DNA from: an uncultured archaeon
GTDB lineage: Archaea; Iainarchaeota; Iainarchaeia; Iainarchaeales; 1-14-0-10-31-34
NCBI GenBank assembly: GCA_964442255.1
Contig: CAYTYC010000001.1
Coordinates: 2,526 to 66,525, forward strand
DNA: 64,000 nt
Direction of reading: 5' to 3'
The notes beneath the pieces are model-generated. The model was not told where the DNA came from. It ran no database searches and was given only the letters and a program-made list of their open reading frames with translations. Numbering within the stretch: position 1 is the stretch's first letter; each line of letters begins with the position of its first letter. Shown piece after piece: positions 19,787-29,144 of the stretch. The position numbers were made by a program, and so were the translations under genes.

Positions 19787-20079
19787 TCACTCCCCGCTTT
19801 CCAGCTCTTTAAGCCTTTTTTCAAGCTCTTTTTTTTCCGCTTCCAGAACCCTTTTTTCTTCGGCCCTTGAAAGGTTAACCGGTTCTGCAGGAGCCGATTG
19901 CATTGCTCTCCATCCGAATCCTCTTCCAAAGCCCCTGCCGTAGCCTCTGCCCAGGCCTCTTCCAAGGCCTGCGCCTCTGCCGTATCCTGCGCCGTAACCT
20001 GTTCCGGTTCCGCACGGCCCGAGCCCGCGGCCGGTCAGCCTGCCTCTTCCAAGCGGTCCAGTCATATCAAATCCAGGCA
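19787..20079 (-). CDS. DUF5320-like glycine/arginine-rich protein
   Basis: GRGxGRG repeats plus coiled-coil tail. Start placed at MPGFDMTGP with GGAGGTG SD 5 nt upstream. ORF-track N-terminus is likely an over-extension. Confidence 0.5.
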
Positions 20080-20251
20080 TAATTTCACCTCCAATAAAAT
20101 TAAAACCATGTAATGAATATATATTCATAATAGTATTTAAACCTTTCGGGGTCCGCTGTCAATTAACAGCTTTCCCCTTTCCTGCAGTGAAAGGGAATAA
20201 AAATCTTGGTTCATTAAATCCATTCTAACACACTCTGATATCACACATATT

Positions 20252-20294
20252 ACACACATCTATATGGCGAAGGGTTTATAAATAGATGTGTGTA
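20252..20294. promoter_or_regulatory. Perfect 11-bp inverted repeat (ACACACATCTA / TAGATGTGTGT) bracketing a TATA-like box (tttataaa) about 27 nt upstream of the RHH gene ATG
   Basis: The inverted repeat arms are directly read from the sequence. Additional CACACAT half-sites sit at 20242, 20300 and (reverse) 20461. Confidence 0.55.
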
Positions 20295-20305
20295 TTATTA
20301 CACAC

Positions 20306-20458
20306 ATGGGTAACATTAAAATGCAAGTTGTTGTAGATGAGGAATTAGCCAGAAAATTCAGAGAAAAAGCCGGGCAAAAATTCGGTGCAAGAAAAGGGAC
20401 TATCAGCAGGGCTTTTTCCAAAGCTTTAGAAGAATGGATAAAAAAGAACAGCCACTAG
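20306..20458 (+). CDS. Ribbon-helix-helix (CopG/Arc/MetJ-like) DNA-binding protein, 50 aa
   Basis: Own translation MGNIKMQVVVDEELARKFREKAGQKFGARKGTISRAFSKALEEWIKKNSH. Beta-strand then two helices. Leaderless with TATA at -27. Not in ORF track (under 60 aa). Confidence 0.5.
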   Translation: MGNIKMQVVVDEELARKFREKAGQKFGARKGTISRAFSKALEEWIKKNSH

Positions 20459-20550
20459 CCATGTGTGTAATTTGTGTATGGTTTAGATAGAAATAAATAT
20501 GACAACATACACTAGATACTTACGACTTTGGGCTTGATGTCGATGGTGAT

Positions 20551-20841
20551 GTGATGTTTGGCATTTTTGAAAAGAAAGAATTTGAGCAACCAGTAAGGGT
20601 GGAGTTGCAAATACCTGAAGGCTCCAAACTGCTTAAAACAACCAAAACAATTGGGCAGTTGAAGGAGAAATACCCGAAATTGGAATTTGTTAAATATATC
20701 TACATTGACCCAACAGATGGGATGTTGAAAGGAGTTAATCCCTCGGGCAATATCCCACTCGTAGCTAAATCAAATATTACGGTTGCCGGAAATTTAAGCG
20801 AAATTATCAAATTTTCAAAAATAGCTGTTTCTAAAGAATAA
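20551..20841 (+). CDS. Hypothetical protein (96 aa) in low-GC island
   Basis: ORF with no recognisable family. Local GC is clearly lower than flanks. Confidence 0.35.
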   Translation: MMFGIFEKKEFEQPVRVELQIPEGSKLLKTTKTIGQLKEKYPKLEFVKYIYIDPTDGMLKGVNPSGNIPLVAKSNITVAGNLSEIIKFSKIAVSKE

Positions 20842-20853
20842 AGAGTTGCCTAG

Positions 20854-21672
20854 ATGTATGTTTTAAGTATATTTCCAATAACAAAAAACGAGAAAAACAT
20901 CCCGCTAATTTTAGAAGAATTTAAGCAAACTATTGCACCGACCTTGCATAAATTGGGTGCAGAAAAAATAGAAATAAGATTTCCCCCTCCGGATTACACA
21001 TATGTTCCATCAGAAGGCGCATTACTGGGGACTACAAAAGGAAAAGGAATACTGGATGTCTTAAAGAATACTCCCGTTAAGCCTGACTATATTTTGGTTT
21101 GTGATGGTTCTGGAAAAATACCTTATTCAAAAACAATAGAGATGTTTAGGGAACTAGTTTCAGATTCAAGCATCAACTGTATAATGGCTAATAGAATAGG
21201 ACAAAACAAAGCAATTTCTCCAATTAGGTATTTTATAGAGTGTTGGGAAGTGTATTTACTAAGAAGTCATTTTAATTACCAAAAGGAAATTCCAGATGGG
21301 CAATGTGGTTTGTGGGGATTTTACGCAAAAGAGATTAAAGGAGAAAAAGACAAAACAGAGATTTTTCTAAGTGCCGAGGGCTACGATATTGAAATTGACT
21401 TATTAAGTGAATGCTTAGAAAAAGAAATCGAATTTTCATTTGTAGATGTAGAACTAAAAATTGACCCGGCTACCATTACTACTTTATTTACTCCTACGGA
21501 TAACATTAAGAAAATGAAGTTTCTTCTTAACAAATACCCTATGATGCGGGGAAAACTAATCAGCCATTTGACTGACTATACAAAATTAAACCTCCTGTCA
21601 AACTTTCAAGAAGACGAGCAACAAACTTGGAAAGAATACTGTTCTGAAATCAAAAAATTAGCCCAACTATAG
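20854..21672 (+). CDS. GT2-like (DPM1/GtrB-like fold) protein with degenerate catalytic motifs
   Basis: N-terminus LSIFPITKNEKNIPLILEEF resembles the GT2 consensus (SIVIP.YNE..NI..LL) and ILVCDGSGK resembles DDGS. The DxD motif is not evident. Confidence 0.35.
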   Translation: MYVLSIFPITKNEKNIPLILEEFKQTIAPTLHKLGAEKIEIRFPPPDYTYVPSEGALLGTTKGKGILDVLKNTPVKPDYILVCDGSGKIPYSKTIEMFRELVSDSSINCIMANRIGQNKAISPIRYFIECWEVYLLRSHFNYQKEIPDGQCGLWGFYAKEIKGEKDKTEIFLSAEGYDIEIDLLSECLEKEIEFSFVDVELKIDPATITTLFTPTDNIKKMKFLLNKYPMMRGKLISHLTDYTKLNLLSNFQEDEQQTWKEYCSEIKKLAQL

Positions 21673-22194
21673 GTCACCCCAATTTTTCTTTTTTTTGGAA
21701 AGCCCTAAATAGGGGAAAACACTCTAATCCTAATGGCGAAACCCGTTTAGGAGGTTGAATGGAATGGGTCTAAGACCAAGAAAGCGAGAGCCCTTAAGGA
21801 CCCAAAGAACTTCCGATTAAATGACATTAATACAATGGATTCAATACAAACAGGAAAAATAACTGAGGCTCACGGATACCTCTTTGGAGTTCACGAAGCC
21901 GGCTTTGAAACACACAGAAGAGTTAGAGGCGCTCAACACATTGGAATGTTGGTAAAAGGCGAAAGGACTACTAACTAGCACGTTGACAGAAGAAAAAGGA
22001 AAGGTTCTATTGCGGACAGAAAAAAGTGAACCAAAACCCTTGTCCCTTTCTCTTTTTCCAAGCTCCGATTTGACACTCTTTTTACGCTCCGACTCTCTGA
22101 CAATGCCTTTCGGGGGGCTTTGTCCAGGAATCGGCATTTTTTTGGGTGTTGATTATTCTCGGTGCGGGGAAATCCTGACAACCCATTTGGAAGC

Positions 22195-22683
22195 CTATGG
22201 GCCGTATCTTGCGTCAGAATAATGTTTTTTAACGCCCTTCAGCTTTTCCGTCAGCCAGCCGTTTTTTGTTTTGTCTCTTGAATCAAACCTTGAAACATAG
22301 GGCTTGATGTCCAGCAAAGGCGTGCCGTCAACAATGTCAACTTCGCTTACATGCAAAACCCTGCCTGACACTTTTTCCAGCTTAACTACGGAAACCCCTA
22401 TTGGATTCGGCCGTTTTGGGGAGCGGATGGCAAAAACCCCGTGCTCTTTGTTTTCCAGGAAAGGCCTGCCTGACAGGGAGAACCCTTTGGACAAATGAAA
22501 ATGGTAAACCAAAATAATGTGGGAAAAGCCTTCAAGGTCCTTTAAGCCCTTTTCATACTCCGGAAAGACCTCCACTTTTCCATGGGAATCTTTTGACAAG
22601 GCCCCCTGAATGGGCACGCCTTCCCTTTGCCTGTATTCTGAGTGGATGATTCCGACCGGCGAATAAGTTATTTTTTCCGCCAT
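22195..22683 (-). CDS. trmO: tRNA (adenine37-N6)-methyltransferase TrmO/TsaA (YaeB family)
   Basis: VGIIHSEYRQREGVPIQG and DIVDGTPLLDIKPY signatures. Start placed at MAEKITY. ORF-track start 22725 is an alternative. Confidence 0.7.
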   Translation of the reverse strand: MAEKITYSPVGIIHSEYRQREGVPIQGALSKDSHGKVEVFPEYEKGLKDLEGFSHIILVYHFHLSKGFSLSGRPFLENKEHGVFAIRSPKRPNPIGVSVVKLEKVSGRVLHVSEVDIVDGTPLLDIKPYVSRFDSRDKTKNGWLTEKLKGVKKHYSDARYGP

Positions 22684-22869
22684 CTTCTTCACATAATTGT
22701 TGTGCAAGCAAAAACTTAAATTCATGCGCCGGAAAGCAGCTTTTCTCGAAAACCCCTGGCAATCTCAAATGAAAACGCTTGGCACGGGAAAAAGGTTGAA
22801 ATCCATTTTAAATACCTTTTCCTGCTTATTCACTATTTATTGCTTTGATTATTGCCGTAAAACCCTTTT

Positions 22870-23355
22870 TTGGGGTGGTTTTTGTTGTTTAATGGGCTTA
22901 AGAACAGGTTTGGGGGGGCAAAAAAAGCCGAAGAAAAGGCTTTGGCGGTTTACGTTGACGGCCCCAATATTTTAAGGAAAGAGCTGGGAATAGACTTAAT
23001 GGAAGTCAAAAAAGCCCTTTCAAAGTACGGGCAAATCAAGATAGGAAAAGTTTTTTTGAACCAGTACGCCTCAAACAAGTTGGTTGAAGCCGTGGTAAAC
23101 CAGGGCTTTGAATCAGTGATAACCGTGGGAGACATTGACGTTTCAATGGCAGTTGACGCGACAGAAGCAATATTCAATGACTCGATTTCAGGGATAGCGT
23201 TTGTCACCCGGGACTCCGACTTCCTTCCCGCAGTCATTAAAGCCAAAAGATTCGGAAAAGACACGATAGTCATTCTTGCCGAGGAAGCCAGCGCAGCAGC
23301 ATTAAAGAACACCGCGGACACGGTGATTGTAATGGGAAACAGGAAAGGGATGTGA
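22870..23355 (+). CDS. NYN-domain (LabA-like, PIN-fold) putative ribonuclease
   Basis: VYVDGPNI...DIDVSMAVDA...FVTRDSDF acidic residues arranged as in the NYN domain. Confidence 0.55.
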   Translation: MGWFLLFNGLKNRFGGAKKAEEKALAVYVDGPNILRKELGIDLMEVKKALSKYGQIKIGKVFLNQYASNKLVEAVVNQGFESVITVGDIDVSMAVDATEAIFNDSISGIAFVTRDSDFLPAVIKAKRFGKDTIVILAEEASAAALKNTADTVIVMGNRKGM

Positions 23356-23864
23356 AAAAAATGAAGCTTCCGCCGGGAAACGCGGTAGAGCAAGGGCTTC
23401 AGGTAAAGAAAACAAATTTCACGGAAAAAACGCGTTCACTGATGGAAAACGAGTTCTCCGGCTACGTTGCTCTCACGATTGAAGGCTTTGAGGGAATGGA
23501 GGAAGCAATCCTCATACTGAAAAGCGGAAGCCTTCTTGCAGCCTCTTACTCTTACCTGAACTTTGATGTAACGGTTTACGGCGACTACGCTTTGCCCCAG
23601 GTTGTGAACGCCGCTTCCGCGGAACACGGAATAATGGACATAGTGGCGTTAAGCGCCTCGCAGGTTGACCTGATCACAGCGTTCCAGGAGAAATCAATTT
23701 TAAGGAAGGTTTCCTCGCTCAAGGATTTGGAGAAAATGACAAGAAAAAATTTTACTGACGCTTACGCAGGAAAAGTTTTGGAAAAAGTGAGGGAAAAGTC
23801 CCCGGGAAAAGATGACGTGCTGAAAAAATTCGGGTTAAGCGGAATACGCGGAGGAGAAAAGTGA
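23352..23864 (+). CDS. Hypothetical protein (possible Roadblock/LC7-like fold)
   Basis: 170 aa. Weak resemblance only. Coupled to flanking genes. Confidence 0.35.
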   Translation: MKKMKLPPGNAVEQGLQVKKTNFTEKTRSLMENEFSGYVALTIEGFEGMEEAILILKSGSLLAASYSYLNFDVTVYGDYALPQVVNAASAEHGIMDIVALSASQVDLITAFQEKSILRKVSSLKDLEKMTRKNFTDAYAGKVLEKVREKSPGKDDVLKKFGLSGIRGGEK

Positions 23865-24326
23865 ATGCGCGCGGGAACAATTTTAAGGGGGATTGCAGGA
23901 AAGGTTTTGGGCATTGACGATACCCGCAAACCGGTCTCCCAGTTCAACGCAATAACCGACATCCTTTCCAGGCACCGCTTTGATTTGGAGAAAGAGGAAG
24001 CAAAGGAAATGCTTTCCGAGCTGAAAAAAAAGCATTTGGTTGACTCAATAACTGTGGCAACAAAACACGGTTCCCCCCTTCTTTCCACCCACAAAGAGGA
24101 CAGCCTTAAGGAGGTAATCACCGGAACAGCGTTGTTCAATTACGTGCGGTCCGAGTTTCCGGGAAGCAACACAGTGCTGGTGAGGGCAAAGGACTGGGTG
24201 ATGCTTATTCCTTCCCGGGAAAAAGTTTACATAGTCAGGGCGGGCTCAAACCTTTCCCCCGTGGAGTTAAAGGCAATAGCGAAAGACGTTGAAAAGTTTC
24301 TCGCAAAAAAGGGACAAGGTTTATAA
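23865..24326 (+). CDS. Hypothetical protein (153 aa)
   Basis: ORF co-directional and tightly packed with the MinD-like gene. Confidence 0.35.
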   Translation: MRAGTILRGIAGKVLGIDDTRKPVSQFNAITDILSRHRFDLEKEEAKEMLSELKKKHLVDSITVATKHGSPLLSTHKEDSLKEVITGTALFNYVRSEFPGSNTVLVRAKDWVMLIPSREKVYIVRAGSNLSPVELKAIAKDVEKFLAKKGQGL

Positions 24327-24366
24327 TAAGAAATATGTTCTAAGGATTTAAAGGAGCAAAACCAAA

Positions 24367-25296
24367 ATGGGCACTGTTTACACGATTGCGTCGGGAAAAG
24401 GCGGAACAGGGAAAACCACTTTAACCGCCAACCTTGGAATTTCCCTTGCTTTCCGAGGAAAAAAGGTTCTGCTGATTGACACGGACATCGCGATGGCAAA
24501 TTTGAGTTTGCTGCTTGGAATGCATTCCTCGCCAATAACCCTGCATGACGTTTTGCTCGGGGAAAGCGCAATCCAGGACGCAATCTACGACGGCCCCGGA
24601 GGAGTTAATTTCGTGCCTTCGGGCCTGAGCCTTGAATCCTACCGCAGGGTTGATTCGGAGAGGCTGGAAACAATTATTGCGGTCGTGAAAGACCAGTACG
24701 ACTACATTTTGCTTGACGCGCCTGCGGGAATAGAGAAAAACGTGATGAGCTCGATTGCCGCGGCAGACCAGGTTTTGTTGATTTCCCAGCCCAACCCCCC
24801 GAGCGTTGCGGACGCATTGAAAACAAAGATTGTCGCCCAGCGCCTTGGCGGAAATCCGATTGGAATAGTGATGAATTTTGTGCGCGGGGAAAAAGGGGAA
24901 ATAAGCGATGAGGACATAATGAAGATGCTGGAGCTTCCAATTTATGGAATAATTCCCTACGACGATGAAGTCAGGAAAAGCTTTATGCAGGAAAAAATCA
25001 TGCCCGTAATACTGAGAAAACCGCGTTCGCCTGCCTCTGCGGCAATATCAAAAATTGCGCTGAAAATTAGCGGTGAAAAAGTTGAATTTGAGAGAAAACA
25101 AGGGGAAAGCGCGCTGAAAAGGTTTTTAAACAAGTTATCCTCAATCTTTAAACGGGGGGAAAAGAAACCCAAAGAAAAAGACGTGGTAAAAGAACTCGAG
25201 GAAAGGAAAAAGTCACGGGGAGAAACAGGCAAAGAAGACAGGGAAGTTTTGCCTGAAATTGACTCGGAATTCATTGAAGTGGGAGGGAAAGAATGA
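24367..25296 (+). CDS. minD: MinD/ParA-family ATPase (archaeal MinD-like) with K/E-rich C-terminal tail
   Basis: SGKGGTGKTT deviant Walker A, DTD Walker B and MinD-like overall architecture. Confidence 0.75.
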   Translation: MGTVYTIASGKGGTGKTTLTANLGISLAFRGKKVLLIDTDIAMANLSLLLGMHSSPITLHDVLLGESAIQDAIYDGPGGVNFVPSGLSLESYRRVDSERLETIIAVVKDQYDYILLDAPAGIEKNVMSSIAAADQVLLISQPNPPSVADALKTKIVAQRLGGNPIGIVMNFVRGEKGEISDEDIMKMLELPIYGIIPYDDEVRKSFMQEKIMPVILRKPRSPASAAISKIALKISGEKVEFERKQGESALKRFLNKLSSIFKRGEKKPKEKDVVKELEERKKSRGETGKEDREVLPEIDSEFIEVGGKE

Positions 25297-25511
25297 CTAC
25301 AAGACCATTTGACTTGCTGAACGATTCAGTGGGTAAAGGCGTTTTGGTTGTGCTGAAAGGCAGCGTGCAAATACGCGGAACACTGAAAGCCTTTGACGTG
25401 CACATGAACGTTGTGCTGGAAGACGCGGAAGAACTGGAAAACGGGGAAACAAAAACCAAGTACGGAAAACTCATTCTCCGCGGCGACAACGTGATCCTCA
25501 TCTCGCCGTAA
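25293..25511 (+). CDS. Sm-like archaeal protein (SmAP/LSm)
   Basis: 72-aa Sm fold: VVLKGSVQIRGTLKAFDVHMNVVLEDAEE...ILRGDNVILI. Confidence 0.8.
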   Translation: MTTRPFDLLNDSVGKGVLVVLKGSVQIRGTLKAFDVHMNVVLEDAEELENGETKTKYGKLILRGDNVILISP

Positions 25512-25552
25512 GGAAAACCATTTTTAATACTAGTTTTAATGGATTACTTAGA

Positions 25553-25624
25553 GGGCCCTTAGTGTAGTGGTAACACGCATCCTTGGCATGGATGAGACGA
25601 CGGGTTCGATTCCCGTAGGGTCCA
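25553..25624 (+). tRNA. tRNA-Ala (GGC)
   Basis: Manual cloverleaf: acceptor GGGCCCT/AGGGTCC with G3:U70, anticodon stem CATCC/GGATG, loop TTGGCAT, T-arm ACGGG-TTCGATT-CCCGT. Confidence 0.8.
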
Positions 25625-25770
25625 TTTGGCTGTCACGGTCAGCCAGCACCCGTGTCCTACCCCCTACGCATTCGCTCCGGGGGTAGATCTGCTCGCCCTT
25701 TGGGCTCGCTTTCTCCTTGATTCCGCTTCTACAAAACCTTTTTAACCCCTAAAACAGTAAATACTGTGAA

Positions 25771-27306
25771 ATGGAAAAACAAGAGCAGCTCCTTGAAAGC
25801 ATAAAAAAACTTCTTTCCCTCGGAGTGTCGGAAGACGAAATAATGGTTAACCTTAAAAGCGTGGGAATGAGCGAATTTGACGGAAAAATTCTTTTAAGGC
25901 AAGCCAAAGGCGAAAGGCCGGATGAAAGCAAAAGCCTTGTGGACCGGGTCGTGGAAGAGGTTACCGCCAGGCAGGCAAAAGAACTGAAGAAAATGGAGAA
26001 AGAAGAAGAAAAAAACGTGGAGCAGGAGCAAAAGCTCAGGAAAGCCATAAAAGAAATAAGGGAAGAAAAATCCCTGGACACGGCTTCAGAAGACGCCTCA
26101 TTGGAAGACGAGCTCTGGAAAAAAGGCATCCTAAAGTCAGTGGACAAAAAGGTTTTGGGGGTTGAAAAAAAGGTTGACGTGCTTGAATTGAAGCTGGAGG
26201 GAATAGTTGAAGAAAAGCTTGACTCCCGTTTGGGGAGAATGCGGTCAGCCCTTGAACAGCAAATCAATTCCCTTTCCGTTGAACAGGAAAACAAGTTCAA
26301 TGAATTGAAGGCAATGACTGAATCAGGGCCCGCTTCAAAGGAAACTTCTTCACCGGCGTCCAAGCCGAAAATTGAAAAAGAGCTCAAGGCCTTGGAGAAA
26401 AAAAGGCAGGAAATTGAAAACGAGCTCCAGGGAATGATGATTAAATTCAGGGCGGACTCCGCTCTTCTCCTCAAAAGCACGCAAAAAAAGGTGGATGAAA
26501 TTGACGCAAAGCTTTCAAAGGCGCTTTCCCGCGAGGCAAAAACGCCGGCAGGAAAGCCTTCAGCCATTTCAACCGCCGCAGACGGGGAATTCAAGAAACA
26601 GGTGAGCGAAAAAATCGCGCAACTCATTGAATTAAGCCAGGAAGGCGACAAGGAAACAATTGACGCGCTGAAAAAAACCTCCACGGAAATCCAGTCACTG
26701 AAAAATGAAATGGATTCCCGCATTGCGGAAGTGGAAACCGGGGCGGAAAAGCTGAAAGGCTCGCAGGAATCATTGAATTTGCTTTCAACGCAAATAAAAA
26801 ATGAAATGGAAAACCATAAATCCGAGTTGAAAAACTTTCTCGCAAAAGAGGTTACCGCCTTAAGCGACGAATCCAAAAAGGAAATGAACCGGTTTTTTGA
26901 GCAAAAAAAACAAGAGCTTTCCGCTCTGCAGTCCGGTATGATAAAGGAAGAGGACATTGAAAGGCTGAAAAAGCAGATGGAGGAAATGGATTTATTCAAG
27001 GGCCAGTTCATCAAGGTAGTGGAAAAAAACGTTGACATGATGAAGAAAACAAGGGAAGACATTTTCGCTAAAATGAATGCCCGCACGAAAAGCATTGACG
27101 AAAAGGTTTCCGAGGTTGACGAAAAACTCCGCGAGCTTGAGGAGTTTGAGAAAAAGTTCGCGGAAGAAATGGGCTTTGCGTTGGAGAATTTAACAAAAAA
27201 AACCCGGGAACAGGAAAAAAAAACCGAGAAAAAAACGCTCGCCCAAACCAGGAAAATGGGCAAAGCCCTTTCAAGGAAGCTCTCCAAAGTGAAAAAAAAG
27301 AAGTAG
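25771..27306 (+). CDS. Long K/E-rich coiled-coil protein (511 aa)
   Basis: Heptad-like charged repeats throughout. Chosen over the antisense 550-aa S/F-rich ORF. Confidence 0.5.
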   Translation: MEKQEQLLESIKKLLSLGVSEDEIMVNLKSVGMSEFDGKILLRQAKGERPDESKSLVDRVVEEVTARQAKELKKMEKEEEKNVEQEQKLRKAIKEIREEKSLDTASEDASLEDELWKKGILKSVDKKVLGVEKKVDVLELKLEGIVEEKLDSRLGRMRSALEQQINSLSVEQENKFNELKAMTESGPASKETSSPASKPKIEKELKALEKKRQEIENELQGMMIKFRADSALLLKSTQKKVDEIDAKLSKALSREAKTPAGKPSAISTAADGEFKKQVSEKIAQLIELSQEGDKETIDALKKTSTEIQSLKNEMDSRIAEVETGAEKLKGSQESLNLLSTQIKNEMENHKSELKNFLAKEVTALSDESKKEMNRFFEQKKQELSALQSGMIKEEDIERLKKQMEEMDLFKGQFIKVVEKNVDMMKKTREDIFAKMNARTKSIDEKVSEVDEKLRELEEFEKKFAEEMGFALENLTKKTREQEKKTEKKTLAQTRKMGKALSRKLSKVKKKK

Positions 27307-27392
27307 TGAGTGCAGGCACTTTCCCAATATTTATAACCCATTGTGACGCAATGGGTTGACGTATCTCGGTGCTCCCGCCCGAAAGCGGGAAA

Positions 27393-27464
27393 TGGGCCCA
27401 ACCGGAGTCGAACCGGCGACCTTCACCACGTCAAGGTGACGTCATGCCACTAGACCATGGGCCC
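27393..27464 (-). tRNA. tRNA-Val (GAC)
   Basis: Reverse complement folds: acceptor GGGCCCA/TGGGCCC, anticodon stem TCACC/GGTGA, loop TTGACGT, T-arm GCCGG-TTCGACT-CCGGT. Confidence 0.75.
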
Positions 27465-27470
27465 GAAAAC

Positions 27471-28406
27471 CTAAGAATTCTGGGCACTTAATTTTTTTAA
27501 CTGCTCGCATGCCCTGCACTCCGCCTTGCCTGAAGGGGAACCGCATTCTTTGCAGTAACGTACAGCGCCTTTTCCTGCCTTTTTTTCCAAAAATGGTTTA
27601 AGTTCGTTGAAGGAGCGCATCACCTTGAATTTTGTTCCCGGGAGCGAGGACTCCATTTGGTTGAGGATTGAACGGAAATGGTTTCTTTTCGCCATGTGCG
27701 AGAAAGGGCAGCATTCTCCGGAGTAATGATTTAATTCAAGGAAATTCACGTATGCTGTTACTTCCTGTTCCGGTATTTCGTACAGGGGCTTAATTCTGGG
27801 GACAAAACCCTTTACTTCTTTTCCTCCGCTGATTGCACCCAGGCGCGCCATCCTTGTCCAGTCGTTTTCAAAGAAGTTCATTAAAATGCTTTGCGCCTCG
27901 TCATCCAGGTTGTGGCCTGTCGCGATTTTATCCGCCTTTATCTCCGCGGAAACCCTGTTCAAAAGAAACCTTCTCATCGGGCCGCAAAAACTGCAGCTGC
28001 TTCCCAATTCCTTGTCCCCGGAAACCTTTTTCATCACGTCAGTCATCTTCAATCCAAACCGGTTCTTGAATTTTTCCACCCTGTACTCCAATCCCCATTC
28101 TTCGCAGTTTTTCACCGCAGCCTTCAGCGCCTTGTCCCTGTATCCCTTTATTCCTTCATCCAGCATTACCGCAACAAGGGAATTGGTTTTTGAGTAAAAC
28201 TTGTTCAAAATGTATGCCGTGGCTGTTGAGTCCTTTCCTCCGCTCAACCCTATTGCGATTTTTTCCCCCCTTTTGATGAAGCGGTTTTTTCCAATGGTCT
28301 TTTTTGCCCTCTTTTCAGTGAATTCAATGAAGTGCTCCCCGCAAAACCTGTGGGGGCCGTAAGCGAGGGAAATCTTTGCCTGCAGTGAACAGCGGTTGCA
28401 TTTCAT
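27471..28406 (-). CDS. tRNA 2-thiolation PP-loop ATPase (TtuA/NcsA/Ncs6 family) with N- and C-terminal zinc fingers
   Basis: SGGKDS PP-loop, CxxC pairs at both termini, GHNLDDEAQ. Confidence 0.75.
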   Translation of the reverse strand: MKCNRCSLQAKISLAYGPHRFCGEHFIEFTEKRAKKTIGKNRFIKRGEKIAIGLSGGKDSTATAYILNKFYSKTNSLVAVMLDEGIKGYRDKALKAAVKNCEEWGLEYRVEKFKNRFGLKMTDVMKKVSGDKELGSSCSFCGPMRRFLLNRVSAEIKADKIATGHNLDDEAQSILMNFFENDWTRMARLGAISGGKEVKGFVPRIKPLYEIPEQEVTAYVNFLELNHYSGECCPFSHMAKRNHFRSILNQMESSLPGTKFKVMRSFNELKPFLEKKAGKGAVRYCKECGSPSGKAECRACEQLKKLSAQNS

Positions 28407-28503
28407 TATTGAAGAGGGTTAACCAAAGGTTTAAAACCCGTTGCCATGAATATTATTTGAGTTTTTTTAGGCTGATTTTAAGGCAAAAAAACGGTTCAAA
28501 TCA

Positions 28504-29118
28504 GTGGTTTTAATGGGTTTTTCTTCACAACTGCAGAAAACATTTGAAAAGGAATTCGCAAAGGAAAAGGACGACTTTTATGATTACAGGTCCCTTTACA
28601 GGGAACGCCTGATTAACTTCAGGAAATCCAAGGAATCGGTTGTCAGGGTGAAAAAGCCCACAAACCTTTCCCGCGCCAGAAAGCTCGGCTACAAAGCCAA
28701 AAAAGGGGTATTGGTTGTAAGGGTCAGGGTGAGGAAGGGTTCGGGAATGCATCTCCGACCAAAGCGCGCGAGGAGGCCGAAGAGAATGGGGGTAAGCAAG
28801 CTTTCCAGGAGGATTTCAATCCAGAGCATTGCGGAACAGCGCGCCTCAAGAAAGTATCCGAACTGTGAAGCCCTGAATTCTTATTTTGTCGGGGAAGACG
28901 GAAAAAGCAAGTACTTTGAAGTAATTTTGGTGGACACTTCCGCGCCCGAAATATTGAAGGACAAAAAGCTTGAATGGATTACTTTTCCAACCCAAAGGGG
29001 CAGGGCTGAAAGGGGATTAACATCTTCAGCGAAGAAAAGCAGGGGTTTGAGGAAGAAAGGCAAGGGCGCCGAAAAGGTCAGGCCCTCCCAGAGAGCCAAA
29101 AAACGCAGGGCAAAGTAA
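28504..29118 (+). CDS. rpl15e: 50S ribosomal protein L15e
   Basis: RARKLGYKAKKGVLVVRVRVRKGSG and NSYFVGEDGKSKYFEVILVD match L15e. Confidence 0.85.
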   Translation: MVLMGFSSQLQKTFEKEFAKEKDDFYDYRSLYRERLINFRKSKESVVRVKKPTNLSRARKLGYKAKKGVLVVRVRVRKGSGMHLRPKRARRPKRMGVSKLSRRISIQSIAEQRASRKYPNCEALNSYFVGEDGKSKYFEVILVDTSAPEILKDKKLEWITFPTQRGRAERGLTSSAKKSRGLRKKGKGAEKVRPSQRAKKRRAK

Positions 29119-29144
29119 CTATTTAATTTCTTTTACCCTATTTT

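Noticed and set aside
21700-22194. Possible integrase remnant in the short ORFs (for example MDSIQTGKITEAHGYLFGVHEAGFETHRRVRG)
   Set aside because: No convincing tyrosine- or serine-recombinase motifs. It is too short to judge.
25749-27401. 550-aa minus-strand ORF overlapping the coiled-coil gene
   Set aside because: It is the antisense reading of a GAA/AAG-rich gene and gives an implausible Ser/Phe-rich low-complexity protein. The plus-strand K/E coiled-coil is the likelier product.
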